From IMG/VR virus record IMGVR_UViG_3300045988_102008, positions 1 through 64,000 of that record: DNA of 64,000 nucleotides. One strand, written 5' to 3'. This DNA is from a virus. Shown here piece after piece: positions 8,660 to 18,184 of this stretch. Numbering within the stretch: position 1 is the stretch's first letter; the number at the start of each line of letters is the position of its first letter. The notes beneath the pieces are model-generated. The model was not told the origin of the DNA and made no database searches. It saw only the letters and a list, made by a program, of their open reading frames with translations. A program made the translations under genes and the position numbers.

Positions 8660-9073
8660 ATGGCAGTAATATGTACAAAATGTGGCAGCACGGATGTTTT
8701 GTGTGAAGCCCTTGTTAACCCGAATACCGAAAAAGTGGTAAGTTATCATGATGGAGCCTTTATGTATGGGTATTGTAATAATTGTAAGGATGAATCAATG
8801 CTGACAGATACAGAGGGTGTTAAATGCGATATGGAAAACAAATATCGGCAGTTTTGTAAAGTTCGGAAGAAAAAGCCGGATTATGCGGAATGCCAAATAG
8901 TCTGGAAAGAAGACGGGAAAGACGAGAGAGTGAGAATCAAATTATCACAGAATGTGGATGAAGCCACGGATGATACAATCTTTTTCTATTGCAACGGATT
9001 GGAAGAATTGAAATCCCTTGCAGAATTTGGTGGGGAAGATTTTATAGTGACGGATTTTTGGAAGTTTTATTGA
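8660..9073 (+). CDS. Zinc-ribbon protein (CTKCGS...CNNCKD); paralog of 9311..9664
   Basis: ATG start. Paired CxxC motifs. Confidence 0.55.
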   Translation: MAVICTKCGSTDVLCEALVNPNTEKVVSYHDGAFMYGYCNNCKDESMLTDTEGVKCDMENKYRQFCKVRKKKPDYAECQIVWKEDGKDERVRIKLSQNVDEATDDTIFFYCNGLEELKSLAEFGGEDFIVTDFWKFY

Positions 9074-9087
9074 TAAATCAGATAACA

Positions 9088-9300
9088 ATGGAAGAAAAAA
9101 TTAAAATTGCCGTATTGTGTCTCGATGTCTTGGATGTCGATATTATCACAGTGGACAAATCGTTTATTGACGAAAACTTTGGTGGGGACATTGAAGCGTT
9201 CCTCACTGAGCATTGCCAATATGACCTTGATAATGTTCAGTGGATGAGTGGCGAGAATATTAATGTGAATTTGGATATGACTGAAGAGTCTTTTGGTTGA
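9088..9300 (+). CDS. Hypothetical small protein (ATG at 9088 rather than the overlapping track start at 8989)
   Basis: The first ATG is 15 nt after the upstream stop. Confidence 0.45.
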   Translation: MEEKIKIAVLCLDVLDVDIITVDKSFIDENFGGDIEAFLTEHCQYDLDNVQWMSGENINVNLDMTEESFG

Positions 9301-9310
9301 ATTAAAAACA

Positions 9311-9664
9311 ATGATTATGGAAAAGTCTATAGAAACTGTTTATTATTGTTCTAATTGTGGTTCAAGTAACACAAGTTCAATGGCGTGGGTCAATAATATA
9401 GATAACCGCATCGAGGAATATATTGGCGGTAGGCGTGATGAAGACAGCAATTTCTGCAATGTGTGTGACACCAATGTCCGCTTGATGAATCTTATGGAGC
9501 TATGGGATAAGTTTTCTGAAATCCCAATTAATAACGACGATGAAATTGAAGAAGATTTCCTATGTTTTCCTGCTGGCACTTATCGCTTTGATATTTGGCA
9601 TTGGTTTGATGAACGATGTCCGAACGGAGTGGCAGAAGATTTGATGTATAACACTGAAAAATGA
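9311..9664 (+). CDS. Zinc-ribbon protein (CSNCGS...CNVCD)
   Basis: ATG at 9311. Cys pattern similar to 8660..9073. Confidence 0.5.
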   Translation: MIMEKSIETVYYCSNCGSSNTSSMAWVNNIDNRIEEYIGGRRDEDSNFCNVCDTNVRLMNLMELWDKFSEIPINNDDEIEEDFLCFPAGTYRFDIWHWFDERCPNGVAEDLMYNTEK

Positions 9665-9670
9665 ATAATC

Positions 9671-10015
9671 ATGAAACATACCGATTTTTACAAACTGATA
9701 GAAGAAATCAAGTTACAGGAACAATGTGAATTAAAAGCAGCCATCAAATCTGTCGGTGGTTGCTATATATGGGATATATATGATGGTGAAGCCGAATATC
9801 CAATCATAGCAGTAAACATGGATAGTATATCTCTGAATCCGACAGATGTGGAGATATATGAAGTTCAAATTGTGAACAATGTGCTTAAAATAAAGGGAAG
9901 AGACAAAGAAAGCAGAGAAGTAGTAGAATTTGAACCGAACGATGTATTCGCCGGACACTTGTCGTACATCATAGATTATCTGCCGGGTGACGAGGATGTG
10001 AGTGGTGCAAACTAA
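9671..10015 (+). CDS. Hypothetical protein
   Basis: ATG start, 114 aa. Confidence 0.5.
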   Translation: MKHTDFYKLIEEIKLQEQCELKAAIKSVGGCYIWDIYDGEAEYPIIAVNMDSISLNPTDVEIYEVQIVNNVLKIKGRDKESREVVEFEPNDVFAGHLSYIIDYLPGDEDVSGAN

Positions 10016-10031
10016 AAATGGAGGATTGAAT

Positions 10032-10553
10032 ATGGCAACAAAGAAATTTGATAGAACCGTGTGGCATGGTACGGATTGTGACAAAGTTACCAGCCTTTTT
10101 GAGTATGGGTTATTGGTGAGATATATTACCAAAGAAAAAAGCTGGCAATGTATATACCGTAATCCTTATGAACCAAACAAGTTTTCATACAGTTGGATAA
10201 GCGAGGAAGATATGCGTGAGATGTTTTTGACAGGTTGGGCAAAAGATGATTTGAAGTCGTTTTGTTCCTATGTCGGTGATACTTGGAATGACTGGTTGCT
10301 TCGTCCGGTCGCTACAAGAATATATGATTTGGTTTCCTATTATGGAGCGGAAGAGATATTCGGAAACAGTTACCGGACTTACACAGCAAAGGAAGTTTGC
10401 CTCAGTCTGCGTATAAAATATATGGAAGAATATGAATATTGGGCTGACGATGAGAGTGCGTTACGAGAGGAATTGCATAACAATCAATATGAAGACCGCC
10501 TTTATTATAAAAATGGAGACGTATATGTTGGACAATTAAACGAAATAGCATGA
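10032..10553 (+). CDS. Hypothetical protein with an N-terminal W-H-G-T motif (possible PARP/DT-like ADP-ribosyltransferase fold; weak)
   Basis: GGAGGA SD then ATG at 10032. VWHGTD...GLLV resembles the H-G-[ST] motif of H-Y-E class ARTs. Confidence 0.55.
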   Translation: MATKKFDRTVWHGTDCDKVTSLFEYGLLVRYITKEKSWQCIYRNPYEPNKFSYSWISEEDMREMFLTGWAKDDLKSFCSYVGDTWNDWLLRPVATRIYDLVSYYGAEEIFGNSYRTYTAKEVCLSLRIKYMEEYEYWADDESALREELHNNQYEDRLYYKNGDVYVGQLNEIA

Positions 10554-10822
10554 AAACACAAGAAGAATATGCCTATAAGATTGGTGAAATCGTTCTCAGG
10601 GATGTGGAAAGCTGCCAGAGTGACTGGTTCCTTATTGATCAGGAAATATTTATGCTTCCTGAAAACCGGAACAAGGCATTTATTTTGGGAACCCGGAAGA
10701 CCGGATGTGATTTAATAATACTGGGTGGCACTAATTGTGATGAAGGTAGTATGGATTGGCTTTTTGGGAGTCTTGGCAATGAAAATTTCTATATATGTCA
10801 ACCGTTATCTTTCTATAAATAA
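10550..10822 (+). CDS. Hypothetical protein
   Basis: ATGA overlap with the upstream gene. Confidence 0.5.
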   Translation: MKTQEEYAYKIGEIVLRDVESCQSDWFLIDQEIFMLPENRNKAFILGTRKTGCDLIILGGTNCDEGSMDWLFGSLGNENFYICQPLSFYK

Positions 10823-10938
10823 CAGCGAGAAATTAAGAAAGTGAATCCGCTGTACGCTTTTAAGTTAGCTACTGCTTATTTCAGGGGACAGGGCATGGTC
10901 CCTGTATTTGAAGATAGTAATTGTAAATTAATGAAGCT

Positions 10939-11175
10939 ATGAGTATAAAGGTAACAAGATACAGGCTTCCAGTTTATTGGGCTCGTGCTCTGATAAATGG
11001 TGATTATACAGGTTTGTCAGATAATGAAGAACGAGAAATAAGGAATTTCTTGGAACGAGTAAAAGAAGATCCCGTAGATGTAGACTGGAAAACAGAAGGT
11101 TTTTATTGGTACAATAACGCTAATAATACACCGGGAGAATGTGCAGATTTTATTTTTTACAAGCGTAATGATTAA
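10939..11175 (+). CDS. Hypothetical protein
   Basis: ATG start, 78 aa. Confidence 0.5.
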   Translation: MSIKVTRYRLPVYWARALINGDYTGLSDNEEREIRNFLERVKEDPVDVDWKTEGFYWYNNANNTPGECADFIFYKRND

Positions 11176-11186
11176 ACTAAAATAAT

Positions 11187-11345
11187 ATGGAAACTGCAAA
11201 CAAACTAATTTATTCAAGTACAAAATTCTTTACAGAAAACAAAGAAGAATACAGAATAACAGTCACAATATCTTTAGATGATGATTGTCATAACAATATG
11301 TGTGACTGGAGCGTAACGGCTGATATTAGACAGAAAGATCAATAA
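11187..11345 (+). CDS. Small protein (52 aa), not in the ORF track
   Basis: ATG-initiated ORF filling the 11176-11363 gap. Confidence 0.3.
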   Translation: METANKLIYSSTKFFTENKEEYRITVTISLDDDCHNNMCDWSVTADIRQKDQ

Positions 11346-11363
11346 GGAACGTATGTAGAGTAT

Positions 11364-12083
11364 ATGGGAGGTTGCTGCCACGATGAAGTTGCAAAACATT
11401 TTCCGGAATTGGCGAAATTCATATCGTTGCATCTTTGTAACCATTATGGTGCTCCTATGTATCCGGTGGAAAATGGCATATATCACGTTAGAAGAAGTGG
11501 TATGTCTGTGGCAATGGAGTATTTGCGTATATCAGAACAAGAATGCGTAGAATTATATAAAGCCTCTGAGGATAAGATGTATTTCAAGTATCTGCTTTTC
11601 AATCTGGGGATTGTGGATAGATGGAAACGTGAATCAGACGAGCTTCTTGTTGAACTTGAAGACCTGTGTGGCAAGAAATGGGTAAATCCATATACACCGG
11701 AAAAGGAAAGGTTTACTTTGACATTAATGGACGAGGAACGTTTGCTTATTGAAGAGCGCATTAAAGCCGGGTATTATTCTGCGGAAAATATCGAAAAACG
11801 CCGGGAAGAGGCTCATAAGGCAAAGATGGTGGAAAAGCGTGCCAAGATTTGTGAGCAATATGACAAAGAAATCAGACAAGCAGAAGTTGAAAAGAAGATA
11901 ATGCTCTGTGTGTTTGATTATGGGTTATCTACTGATAACGCCATATATTATCCTCACACGAACACTTTGTCTTTCAACTGGAACGGTTATGGAGAAAAAA
12001 TCACACAGGAAGAGTTTGATGATTTTGTAAACAACGTAGACCGCTCTCAGTTGCCGGAAGGTATCAAGTTTGAGCTTAAATAA
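11364..12083 (+). CDS. Hypothetical protein (239 aa)
   Basis: ATG start. Long ORF. Confidence 0.55.
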   Translation: MGGCCHDEVAKHFPELAKFISLHLCNHYGAPMYPVENGIYHVRRSGMSVAMEYLRISEQECVELYKASEDKMYFKYLLFNLGIVDRWKRESDELLVELEDLCGKKWVNPYTPEKERFTLTLMDEERLLIEERIKAGYYSAENIEKRREEAHKAKMVEKRAKICEQYDKEIRQAEVEKKIMLCVFDYGLSTDNAIYYPHTNTLSFNWNGYGEKITQEEFDDFVNNVDRSQLPEGIKFELK

Positions 12084-12093
12084 AATACAGGAT

Positions 12094-12384
12094 ATGGAAA
12101 GATTGAATTTCGAAACACTGTTTCGTGTCGTAAGATGGGATTACAACCGCTGCTTTAAGGATGAGTCGTTGGACAAAGATTTGTTCATGGAAAAATACGG
12201 GAAAGTTATGGGGGAACATTATTACAACAAGTTTGTCCATGAGTTTAACGGGAATATCCTGAAGATGATTGGTTACTTCAGAGGTTCCGAAAAAGAAGGG
12301 CAAGTGTTCTGCGATATGATAACCGAATGTATTGAAAAATATGAACAAAGAGGATTATATAGTAGAGGTAAGTTAAACAATTAA
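12094..12384 (+). CDS. Hypothetical protein (ATG at 12094; the track start at 12070 is TTG)
   Basis: First ATG in frame, 11 nt after the upstream stop. Confidence 0.5.
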   Translation: MERLNFETLFRVVRWDYNRCFKDESLDKDLFMEKYGKVMGEHYYNKFVHEFNGNILKMIGYFRGSEKEGQVFCDMITECIEKYEQRGLYSRGKLNN

Positions 12385-12478
12385 AAAGATACTTATATGA
12401 ACAATTCAATGGTCGCTCACTTGTGCTGGCTCAAAGGTATTCTATGTTGAATGTAATATATCATATTGTATCGGCAAC

Positions 12479-13264
12479 ATGCTCTTTGTTACCAATATGT
12501 TGGAATCCATTAAAGATGCTATTGAAAAATACAAAAAAGCAAGAGCCGAATTGTCCTATCGAGATATTTGGGGAACGTTTAAAAATCTGATGGATTATAT
12601 TGAGTTTTTCGATATGGGGACTCCCAAGAGTCTTCTTAAAAAGAGCACAAACGAATGGCTTGGAACTAACCATGAATTATCACGGAAATCAGATAAGATT
12701 AAACGTGAACATGTCCGTGAATTGAAACACATTTTCCAGATATTATTGAATCATCAAGCACTGGAAGTCCTTGGAACCGTTATTGTGATTGTAGATGAAG
12801 TTTGTGGTGAAGGAACTTGGTTGAAATATCGGGAAAGAGTTGAAAAATATAGAATAAATATAGAAGCAAAACAGGAAAAAAAGCGAAGGGCAAGGGAAGA
12901 AGAATTAGACAAATTTCGTAAGGATTTTTATGAAAAATTAGAAAAATGGAAGTCGGGAGAACTTAATTTCTTGCATTCATATTATTTTATTGATTGTGCT
13001 GACGTAAATGCCTGGATGCGTATAAAAGGAGGAATTATTGAAACGAGCAAACAAATAAAAATCGGGATAGAAGAAGCCAGAAGAATGTGGCAGGTGGTGT
13101 CGCTGTTGCACCGGGGAGGCCCGTTCCGACATGGCCTGGTAGAGGACATGAATGGCAACAAGTGGAGCATAAACCGGTATGAAAACGATATACTGACAGC
13201 CGGATGTCATCGTATTGCGTATAGCGAGATGGAAGGTATTGCAAAACAACTGGGATGGGCGTAA
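12479..13264 (+). CDS. Hypothetical protein (261 aa)
   Basis: ATG start. Confidence 0.55.
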   Translation: MLFVTNMLESIKDAIEKYKKARAELSYRDIWGTFKNLMDYIEFFDMGTPKSLLKKSTNEWLGTNHELSRKSDKIKREHVRELKHIFQILLNHQALEVLGTVIVIVDEVCGEGTWLKYRERVEKYRINIEAKQEKKRRAREEELDKFRKDFYEKLEKWKSGELNFLHSYYFIDCADVNAWMRIKGGIIETSKQIKIGIEEARRMWQVVSLLHRGGPFRHGLVEDMNGNKWSINRYENDILTAGCHRIAYSEMEGIAKQLGWA

Positions 13265-13304
13265 GTAGCCCATCCTGTTTTATAACAATTAAAAACGAAA
13301 AAAT

Positions 13305-13979
13305 ATGGAAAATTCAATTGTTGTTCCGTTTGATTTAAATACGGCGAGAAAAATTAAAAGCGGAGAAATAGAAGGTTCAGTATTAATTGGTAATATTAAA
13401 ATAGAATTTGTATATGAGTCAAAAGACTGTGCAGATCGTTATAATTTACTTTTTGTAAAAAAAGATGAATCTGGGATAAGTGCTATATATGCCGATACAG
13501 AAGGTCGTACTTTTTTCAACAACGTTCTGGAATTGGAAGTAGAGGCTGGAGCGTATTTTAAGAAAGGAGATGTATTAATAAGCACGCTTGGGAACCCATT
13601 TATATATAATGGTATTATTAATAGAGAAGGAGATATGGGATGCATATATGGTATATCGGCATATGGCGAGATTACATCTGAAGAAGTTCCAATATGGACA
13701 AGTGTGTGTGGTGAGGATAAATCCAAGTATGTTAGATTAGCCACAGAGGAAGAGAAAAAATCTTTTGCTGAAAGAATTGCTAATACAGAAAACCTTAAAA
13801 AAGCAGGAATAATAAAACAATATCTAAGTGAGTACGAATACTTGCTGACTAAAGAAAAGTTATGCGATTGTGGATCAGAACATAAGGTAGGAGAATGTGA
13901 ATGTGGATCCCAAAAGGCGCATGATACATTAGGGATTAAATATGATTCGTTTGGAGCAATATTAAAAAACTTTGGATAA
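13305..13979 (+). CDS. Hypothetical protein (224 aa) with C-terminal CDCGSEHKVGECECGS
   Basis: ATG start. Confidence 0.55.
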   Translation: MENSIVVPFDLNTARKIKSGEIEGSVLIGNIKIEFVYESKDCADRYNLLFVKKDESGISAIYADTEGRTFFNNVLELEVEAGAYFKKGDVLISTLGNPFIYNGIINREGDMGCIYGISAYGEITSEEVPIWTSVCGEDKSKYVRLATEEEKKSFAERIANTENLKKAGIIKQYLSEYEYLLTKEKLCDCGSEHKVGECECGSQKAHDTLGIKYDSFGAILKNFG

Positions 13980-14455
13980 TGGATATAGTAAGTAAATACA
14001 CCGCCTTGTTAGGACAACAGAAGCTAAAAGAATCATTTGTGAAAGATTTGGAGCTTGTATTATCAAGAAAAAATCCTAATATAGAAAAAGGGAAACTTAA
14101 TTTCATTCGTTATTCAGAAATGAAAAATTGGAGTGTAAGAGAGTTGTTTGGTGAAGACTTGGAACAAGCTGATAGGGCTTTAATAAACAAGGTGTATCAT
14201 ATGCTATTTGATATAGGTTCGGATTTTGAATCGGTTATAAGAATGCTATATAGCTTTCGTAACGGACCTAAATCGGGGATAAAAGTGGCGGATCCAGAGG
14301 ATAATTACGAATGGACTAACAAGGACGGAAATGAAAAATATTCTACTAAAAATCTCCCAAAAGCGCATTTTAGATGGGATTGGAGAAGATATACCTTATC
14401 AAAAGAATCCGTTGATAAAATAACGGAGTTTGTAGACACCATATTAGAATCATAG
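13979..14455 (+). CDS. Hypothetical protein
   Basis: TAATG overlap with the upstream gene. Confidence 0.55.
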   Translation: MDIVSKYTALLGQQKLKESFVKDLELVLSRKNPNIEKGKLNFIRYSEMKNWSVRELFGEDLEQADRALINKVYHMLFDIGSDFESVIRMLYSFRNGPKSGIKVADPEDNYEWTNKDGNEKYSTKNLPKAHFRWDWRRYTLSKESVDKITEFVDTILES

Positions 14456-14462
14456 AGAAATT

Positions 14463-14717
14463 ATGAACGAAGTAATTTTAAGCAACATGTTAGGATGTCA
14501 GACATATTGTATATCAGACAGTCCTTCGAATAGATACTGTCTTATTGGACCTATTGAGTGCAATGAGAAGTTAATAGAAGTGTTTAAGAAGGGGATAACA
14601 GTAAAACTCAAATACGTGGAAAAACGGGTCCTGGATGCATTTACGGACAACGGAATCGACCTGAGTAATTACACTCATTGTATTATTGTGAAGCGGAATT
14701 TTTATCTCGCTTGGTAA
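14463..14717 (+). CDS. Hypothetical small protein
   Basis: ATG start, 84 aa. Confidence 0.45.
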   Translation: MNEVILSNMLGCQTYCISDSPSNRYCLIGPIECNEKLIEVFKKGITVKLKYVEKRVLDAFTDNGIDLSNYTHCIIVKRNFYLAW

Positions 14718-14735
14718 CGGCAAAACATAAACAAT

Positions 14736-15398
14736 ATGAATAATTTTGTAATAGATACTCCAGATAATTTCTGGCAAATAAGATGGCTTGACAAGTATAT
14801 GGAAGGCCACAAAGGATTCATAGCTGGTGGATGTTTTAAAAATATCCTTTCCGGAGAAAGAGTAAAAGACATTGATATTTTCTTTGAAAGTGAAAGCGAT
14901 TTTCAGGAGGCTATTGATTCGTTCAATGATGAAAAACATCAGAAAGAAGGATGGAAATTTAAGTACAGAAATGAGAAGGCATGTGCGTTCCAGAAAGAGG
15001 GAGAAAAGGTATGGATAGAGTTCATAGAGTCAGAGTTTGGAAAGCCGAAAGAGATTCTTAGGAGCTTCGATTTTACTGTGACAAAAATGGCTTACTATAA
15101 GGAGCCCAAATACGAAGAAAAAGAAGATGATTATTTTCCATTCTCATCTGCAAGTATAGTAGCATACGAGTACAAACTACTCTATCATGAGAAATTCTTC
15201 GAACATCTTCATATGAAGAGGCTGGTCATTGACGAAAATATTCCTTTTCCAGTAAGTACATGGGAGCGCTCATATCGGTATAAAGGATATGGTTACAATA
15301 TGTGCCGGGAGACAAAGAAAAAACTTCTACAGGCTATTAAAGGTGTAAACGTAGAGGAGGAAGATGTATCTTTGTACACTACTGGAGGATGGGATTAA
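14736..15398 (+). CDS. Minimal Pol-beta-superfamily nucleotidyltransferase (220 aa)
   Basis: FIAGGCFKNILSGERVKDIDIFF fits the hG[GS]-x9-13-DhD NTase signature. Candidate third acidic residue in SFDFTV. Confidence 0.6.
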   Translation: MNNFVIDTPDNFWQIRWLDKYMEGHKGFIAGGCFKNILSGERVKDIDIFFESESDFQEAIDSFNDEKHQKEGWKFKYRNEKACAFQKEGEKVWIEFIESEFGKPKEILRSFDFTVTKMAYYKEPKYEEKEDDYFPFSSASIVAYEYKLLYHEKFFEHLHMKRLVIDENIPFPVSTWERSYRYKGYGYNMCRETKKKLLQAIKGVNVEEEDVSLYTTGGWD

Positions 15399-15856
15399 CC
15401 TATAAAACAAAATTGCTTATGAAAACATTAGAACAACTTAAAGGATTAGCATCAAAATGTTTAGACGGTAGAGATTTTAACAGACTGGCTGAATTTATCC
15501 CATATAACATGATAAAGGATTTCGGTATGGAGCCGAACGAAGAATACAATAACGAAGAAAGGTGGAACAGTACTGTAGTTGAATTTACCAGGGAGAATGT
15601 TTTGAAACAGCTTGAAGAAGATGTAAGATTCGGTTTTGAAAAGGCATTAAATCAGAGAGGAATATCAGCCAGTTTAATGTTTGAATGTGTAATGATGTGG
15701 AACTACATCCTGGAAGAAGGTCTTGAAGACTGGGATGAGGATGATTATAGATTTTACGGGCTACCTCTATTTAAAGCTACGGCTGTAAAATACGGATGGG
15801 ATAATCCTATAGGGGAAGACAGCGGGAGAGAAAGAAAATATGATTCACAGTATTAA
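15389..15856 (+). CDS. Hypothetical acidic protein
   Basis: GGAGG SD then ATG. 155 aa. Confidence 0.5.
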   Translation: MGLTYKTKLLMKTLEQLKGLASKCLDGRDFNRLAEFIPYNMIKDFGMEPNEEYNNEERWNSTVVEFTRENVLKQLEEDVRFGFEKALNQRGISASLMFECVMMWNYILEEGLEDWDEDDYRFYGLPLFKATAVKYGWDNPIGEDSGRERKYDSQY

Positions 15857-15867
15857 ATGGGCATATC

Positions 15868-16722
15868 ATGAGCACAAGTAAAGAATACAGGGCGGTAAGG
15901 AACTGTATATTAAATGAACTTCACCTTACCAAAGAAGATATAATCAAAAACATAGAGCCGTTATTGGAGAAACACGTAAAACGGTACATGGTTAATACAT
16001 ATGGAGGTGACAACCAGATAGAAAACTGGATCAGATGCATGGTGAATGATGAACTCAAACAAAGAGATCATGATTTTGTAAGAAGAGCGTGCGAGAATGT
16101 CATCAGGAATCATGTATTAAATGAATTGAATATAATCGTAAGATCCAAAAGTGAGAAATGTACATGTGAAAACAGAGTACCATCCGAAGAGGATAAGAAA
16201 GAGTCAACTGACGGACTATATATAATCTACGAAGACGGACATGCAGAGCCGTTTACCGGCGATAACTCCAAAGATTGTGTACGATACATCGGGTTGAAGC
16301 ACAGATACATGTCATTTGCAATCTCACTGACGGAGCATGATATCGTACAATTGCTTGACGATGATAGCCGTGAAGAATCCGGAAGTGGGACATATTACGA
16401 ACGTGAATGTGATGCGCTGTTTGACATTGACGGACGTGGCAATACGGAACGCCTTGTAGCCAGAAATCCAAAATTGAGAAATCTGCTGGAAGATGGCGAG
16501 TATATACCATCTCTTGGTCAATTAAATTTAATGGCCCATTATATGAACGAACTAAACAAAGCATTCGCTTATGTTTCGGCATCTCCCCTCTCCTCGACGT
16601 GGTATTGGTCCAGTACTGAGAGCAGCGAGGCCGTCGCGTGGTACGTGGTCTTCTCCAGTGGCCTCACGGGCACCGGCAACAAGCACATCGGAGACATGGT
16701 TCGGGCGGTAATTGATTTTTAA
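15868..16722 (+). CDS. Hypothetical protein; C-terminus resembles the DUF1566/Lcl-C-like motif (YWSSTESSEAVAWYVVFSSG...VRAV)
   Basis: ATG start, 284 aa. C-terminal motif recalled from the DUF1566 family. Confidence 0.55.
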   Translation: MSTSKEYRAVRNCILNELHLTKEDIIKNIEPLLEKHVKRYMVNTYGGDNQIENWIRCMVNDELKQRDHDFVRRACENVIRNHVLNELNIIVRSKSEKCTCENRVPSEEDKKESTDGLYIIYEDGHAEPFTGDNSKDCVRYIGLKHRYMSFAISLTEHDIVQLLDDDSREESGSGTYYERECDALFDIDGRGNTERLVARNPKLRNLLEDGEYIPSLGQLNLMAHYMNELNKAFAYVSASPLSSTWYWSSTESSEAVAWYVVFSSGLTGTGNKHIGDMVRAVIDF

Positions 16723-17064
16723 AAGGATTACAATGATAACATCAAGGTGATTATACACCACTTTACGCAAAAAAGCGTAAAACAATATACATTTGTATGA
16801 AACTTCATACTGGGTATCACCAATACCCTCTACCGGTTGCTCGAAAGTGAGATCACCGGATTCTTTTACTAAACAAAACGTTTTTGATTTTACTTACCCA
16901 ACGAATATTTTTTTTAGGGTAAAACCTTATATCAAAGACCTCTTTTACCCAACCGTCTTGTCCGAAACAAGGGACTATATGATTCGATTGAGTAAAACAA
17001 AGTTAGAGAAGAAAAATATGAAATTAAATAACATCCGTATGTTTTATAACATAGCCAGTATAAA

Positions 17065-17862
17065 ATGATATATAAAGTAAAAATAAAAGACAACACAAAA
17101 ACTCCATTTGAATATGTTTCTGACATAGAGGCGTTTGAAAATGGCAGAGAATTTATTTTCAAGCCAGGAGTGAATGTGATTATAGGGAAAAACGGTAGTG
17201 GAAAATCAACTTTACTTAACATCATATCAATGTATGCGTTATGTGATAAGTCCATGTGCTCTGAAATGCCGGATGAGGCGCTGGATTTTCCACCTATATT
17301 TGATGATGATGACAAGGTTCTTGATGGGATTGATATATCATCCGATTATATAGGGAAAGTATTCCGTTTATTGCCGTCAACGGAGACAAATCGAGATAGT
17401 GTATTAAAAAACATCAGCAATTTCGATTTGTATGCGAATAGTATTCAAAAATCTTATGGGGAAAAAGTGGTGTTATCACTGGAATCGCTTTTCAATTTAA
17501 TGTTCAACCAAAAGGATTATGCGTTTCCAATGCAAGATCTTGCAGAATACAAGAAAAAATCAAATGCGTTTTGGATTAAAAGAATTGACAACCTGTTGAA
17601 GTATTATAGAAGGAACTGCATAACATTAACAGAAAGCAGTTTTGAGTACACGGTTCTCATGGATGAGCCAGACAGGAACCTTGACATTGACAACATAATG
17701 CAGATTCACAATGTATTGTCATTCCATAAACCACAAACGCAAATTATAGCCATAATACACAATCCGGCATTGATTTACAAGTTAAGCAAATTAGATTGTG
17801 TGAATTTCATAGAGATGACAGAAGGGTATCTTAATAAAACTTGTACATTTGTGTCCAACTAA
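17065..17862 (+). CDS. Small ABC-type/AAA_21-like ATPase (265 aa)
   Basis: Walker A VIIGKNGSGKSTLLNI, Walker B/D-loop LMDEPDRNLD, H-loop IIAIIHNP. Confidence 0.7.
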   Translation: MIYKVKIKDNTKTPFEYVSDIEAFENGREFIFKPGVNVIIGKNGSGKSTLLNIISMYALCDKSMCSEMPDEALDFPPIFDDDDKVLDGIDISSDYIGKVFRLLPSTETNRDSVLKNISNFDLYANSIQKSYGEKVVLSLESLFNLMFNQKDYAFPMQDLAEYKKKSNAFWIKRIDNLLKYYRRNCITLTESSFEYTVLMDEPDRNLDIDNIMQIHNVLSFHKPQTQIIAIIHNPALIYKLSKLDCVNFIEMTEGYLNKTCTFVSN

Positions 17863-17873
17863 TTAAAAGTGAT

Positions 17874-18182
17874 ATGAACTGGAAGAAATACAAAGAGGAA
17901 AAACCTCCAGAGGGAGAAGAAGTGTTGGCTTATCATCCAAGTTGGATAGATGAAGATTTCAACCCAAGAGGTATAAGAATAGGATTCTGGAATGGAGGGG
18001 ACGATTTTAAATCGGCTCATTGGTGGGATTATCAAGATTGTTATATTACAATCTCTCATTGTGATTGTGATGATAATTCGCTTTTTAGTGATAGAATAAA
18101 AAACAGCATAGAGCCAGAGTTATGGATATCACTTGATGTTATTACAAATTACTTACCTGATATAAAACAAAATCACTTATAA
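17874..18182 (+). CDS. Hypothetical protein (ATG at 17874)
   Basis: First ATG, 12 nt past the ATPase stop. Confidence 0.5.
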   Translation: MNWKKYKEEKPPEGEEVLAYHPSWIDEDFNPRGIRIGFWNGGDDFKSAHWWDYQDCYITISHCDCDDNSLFSDRIKNSIEPELWISLDVITNYLPDIKQNHL

Positions 18183-18184
18183 CA

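Noticed and set aside
16793-17068. 91-aa + ORF in the leader upstream of the ATPase
   Set aside because: It overlaps the structured repeat/hairpin region, has no SD, and is in poor coding context. The region is treated as a non-coding leader.
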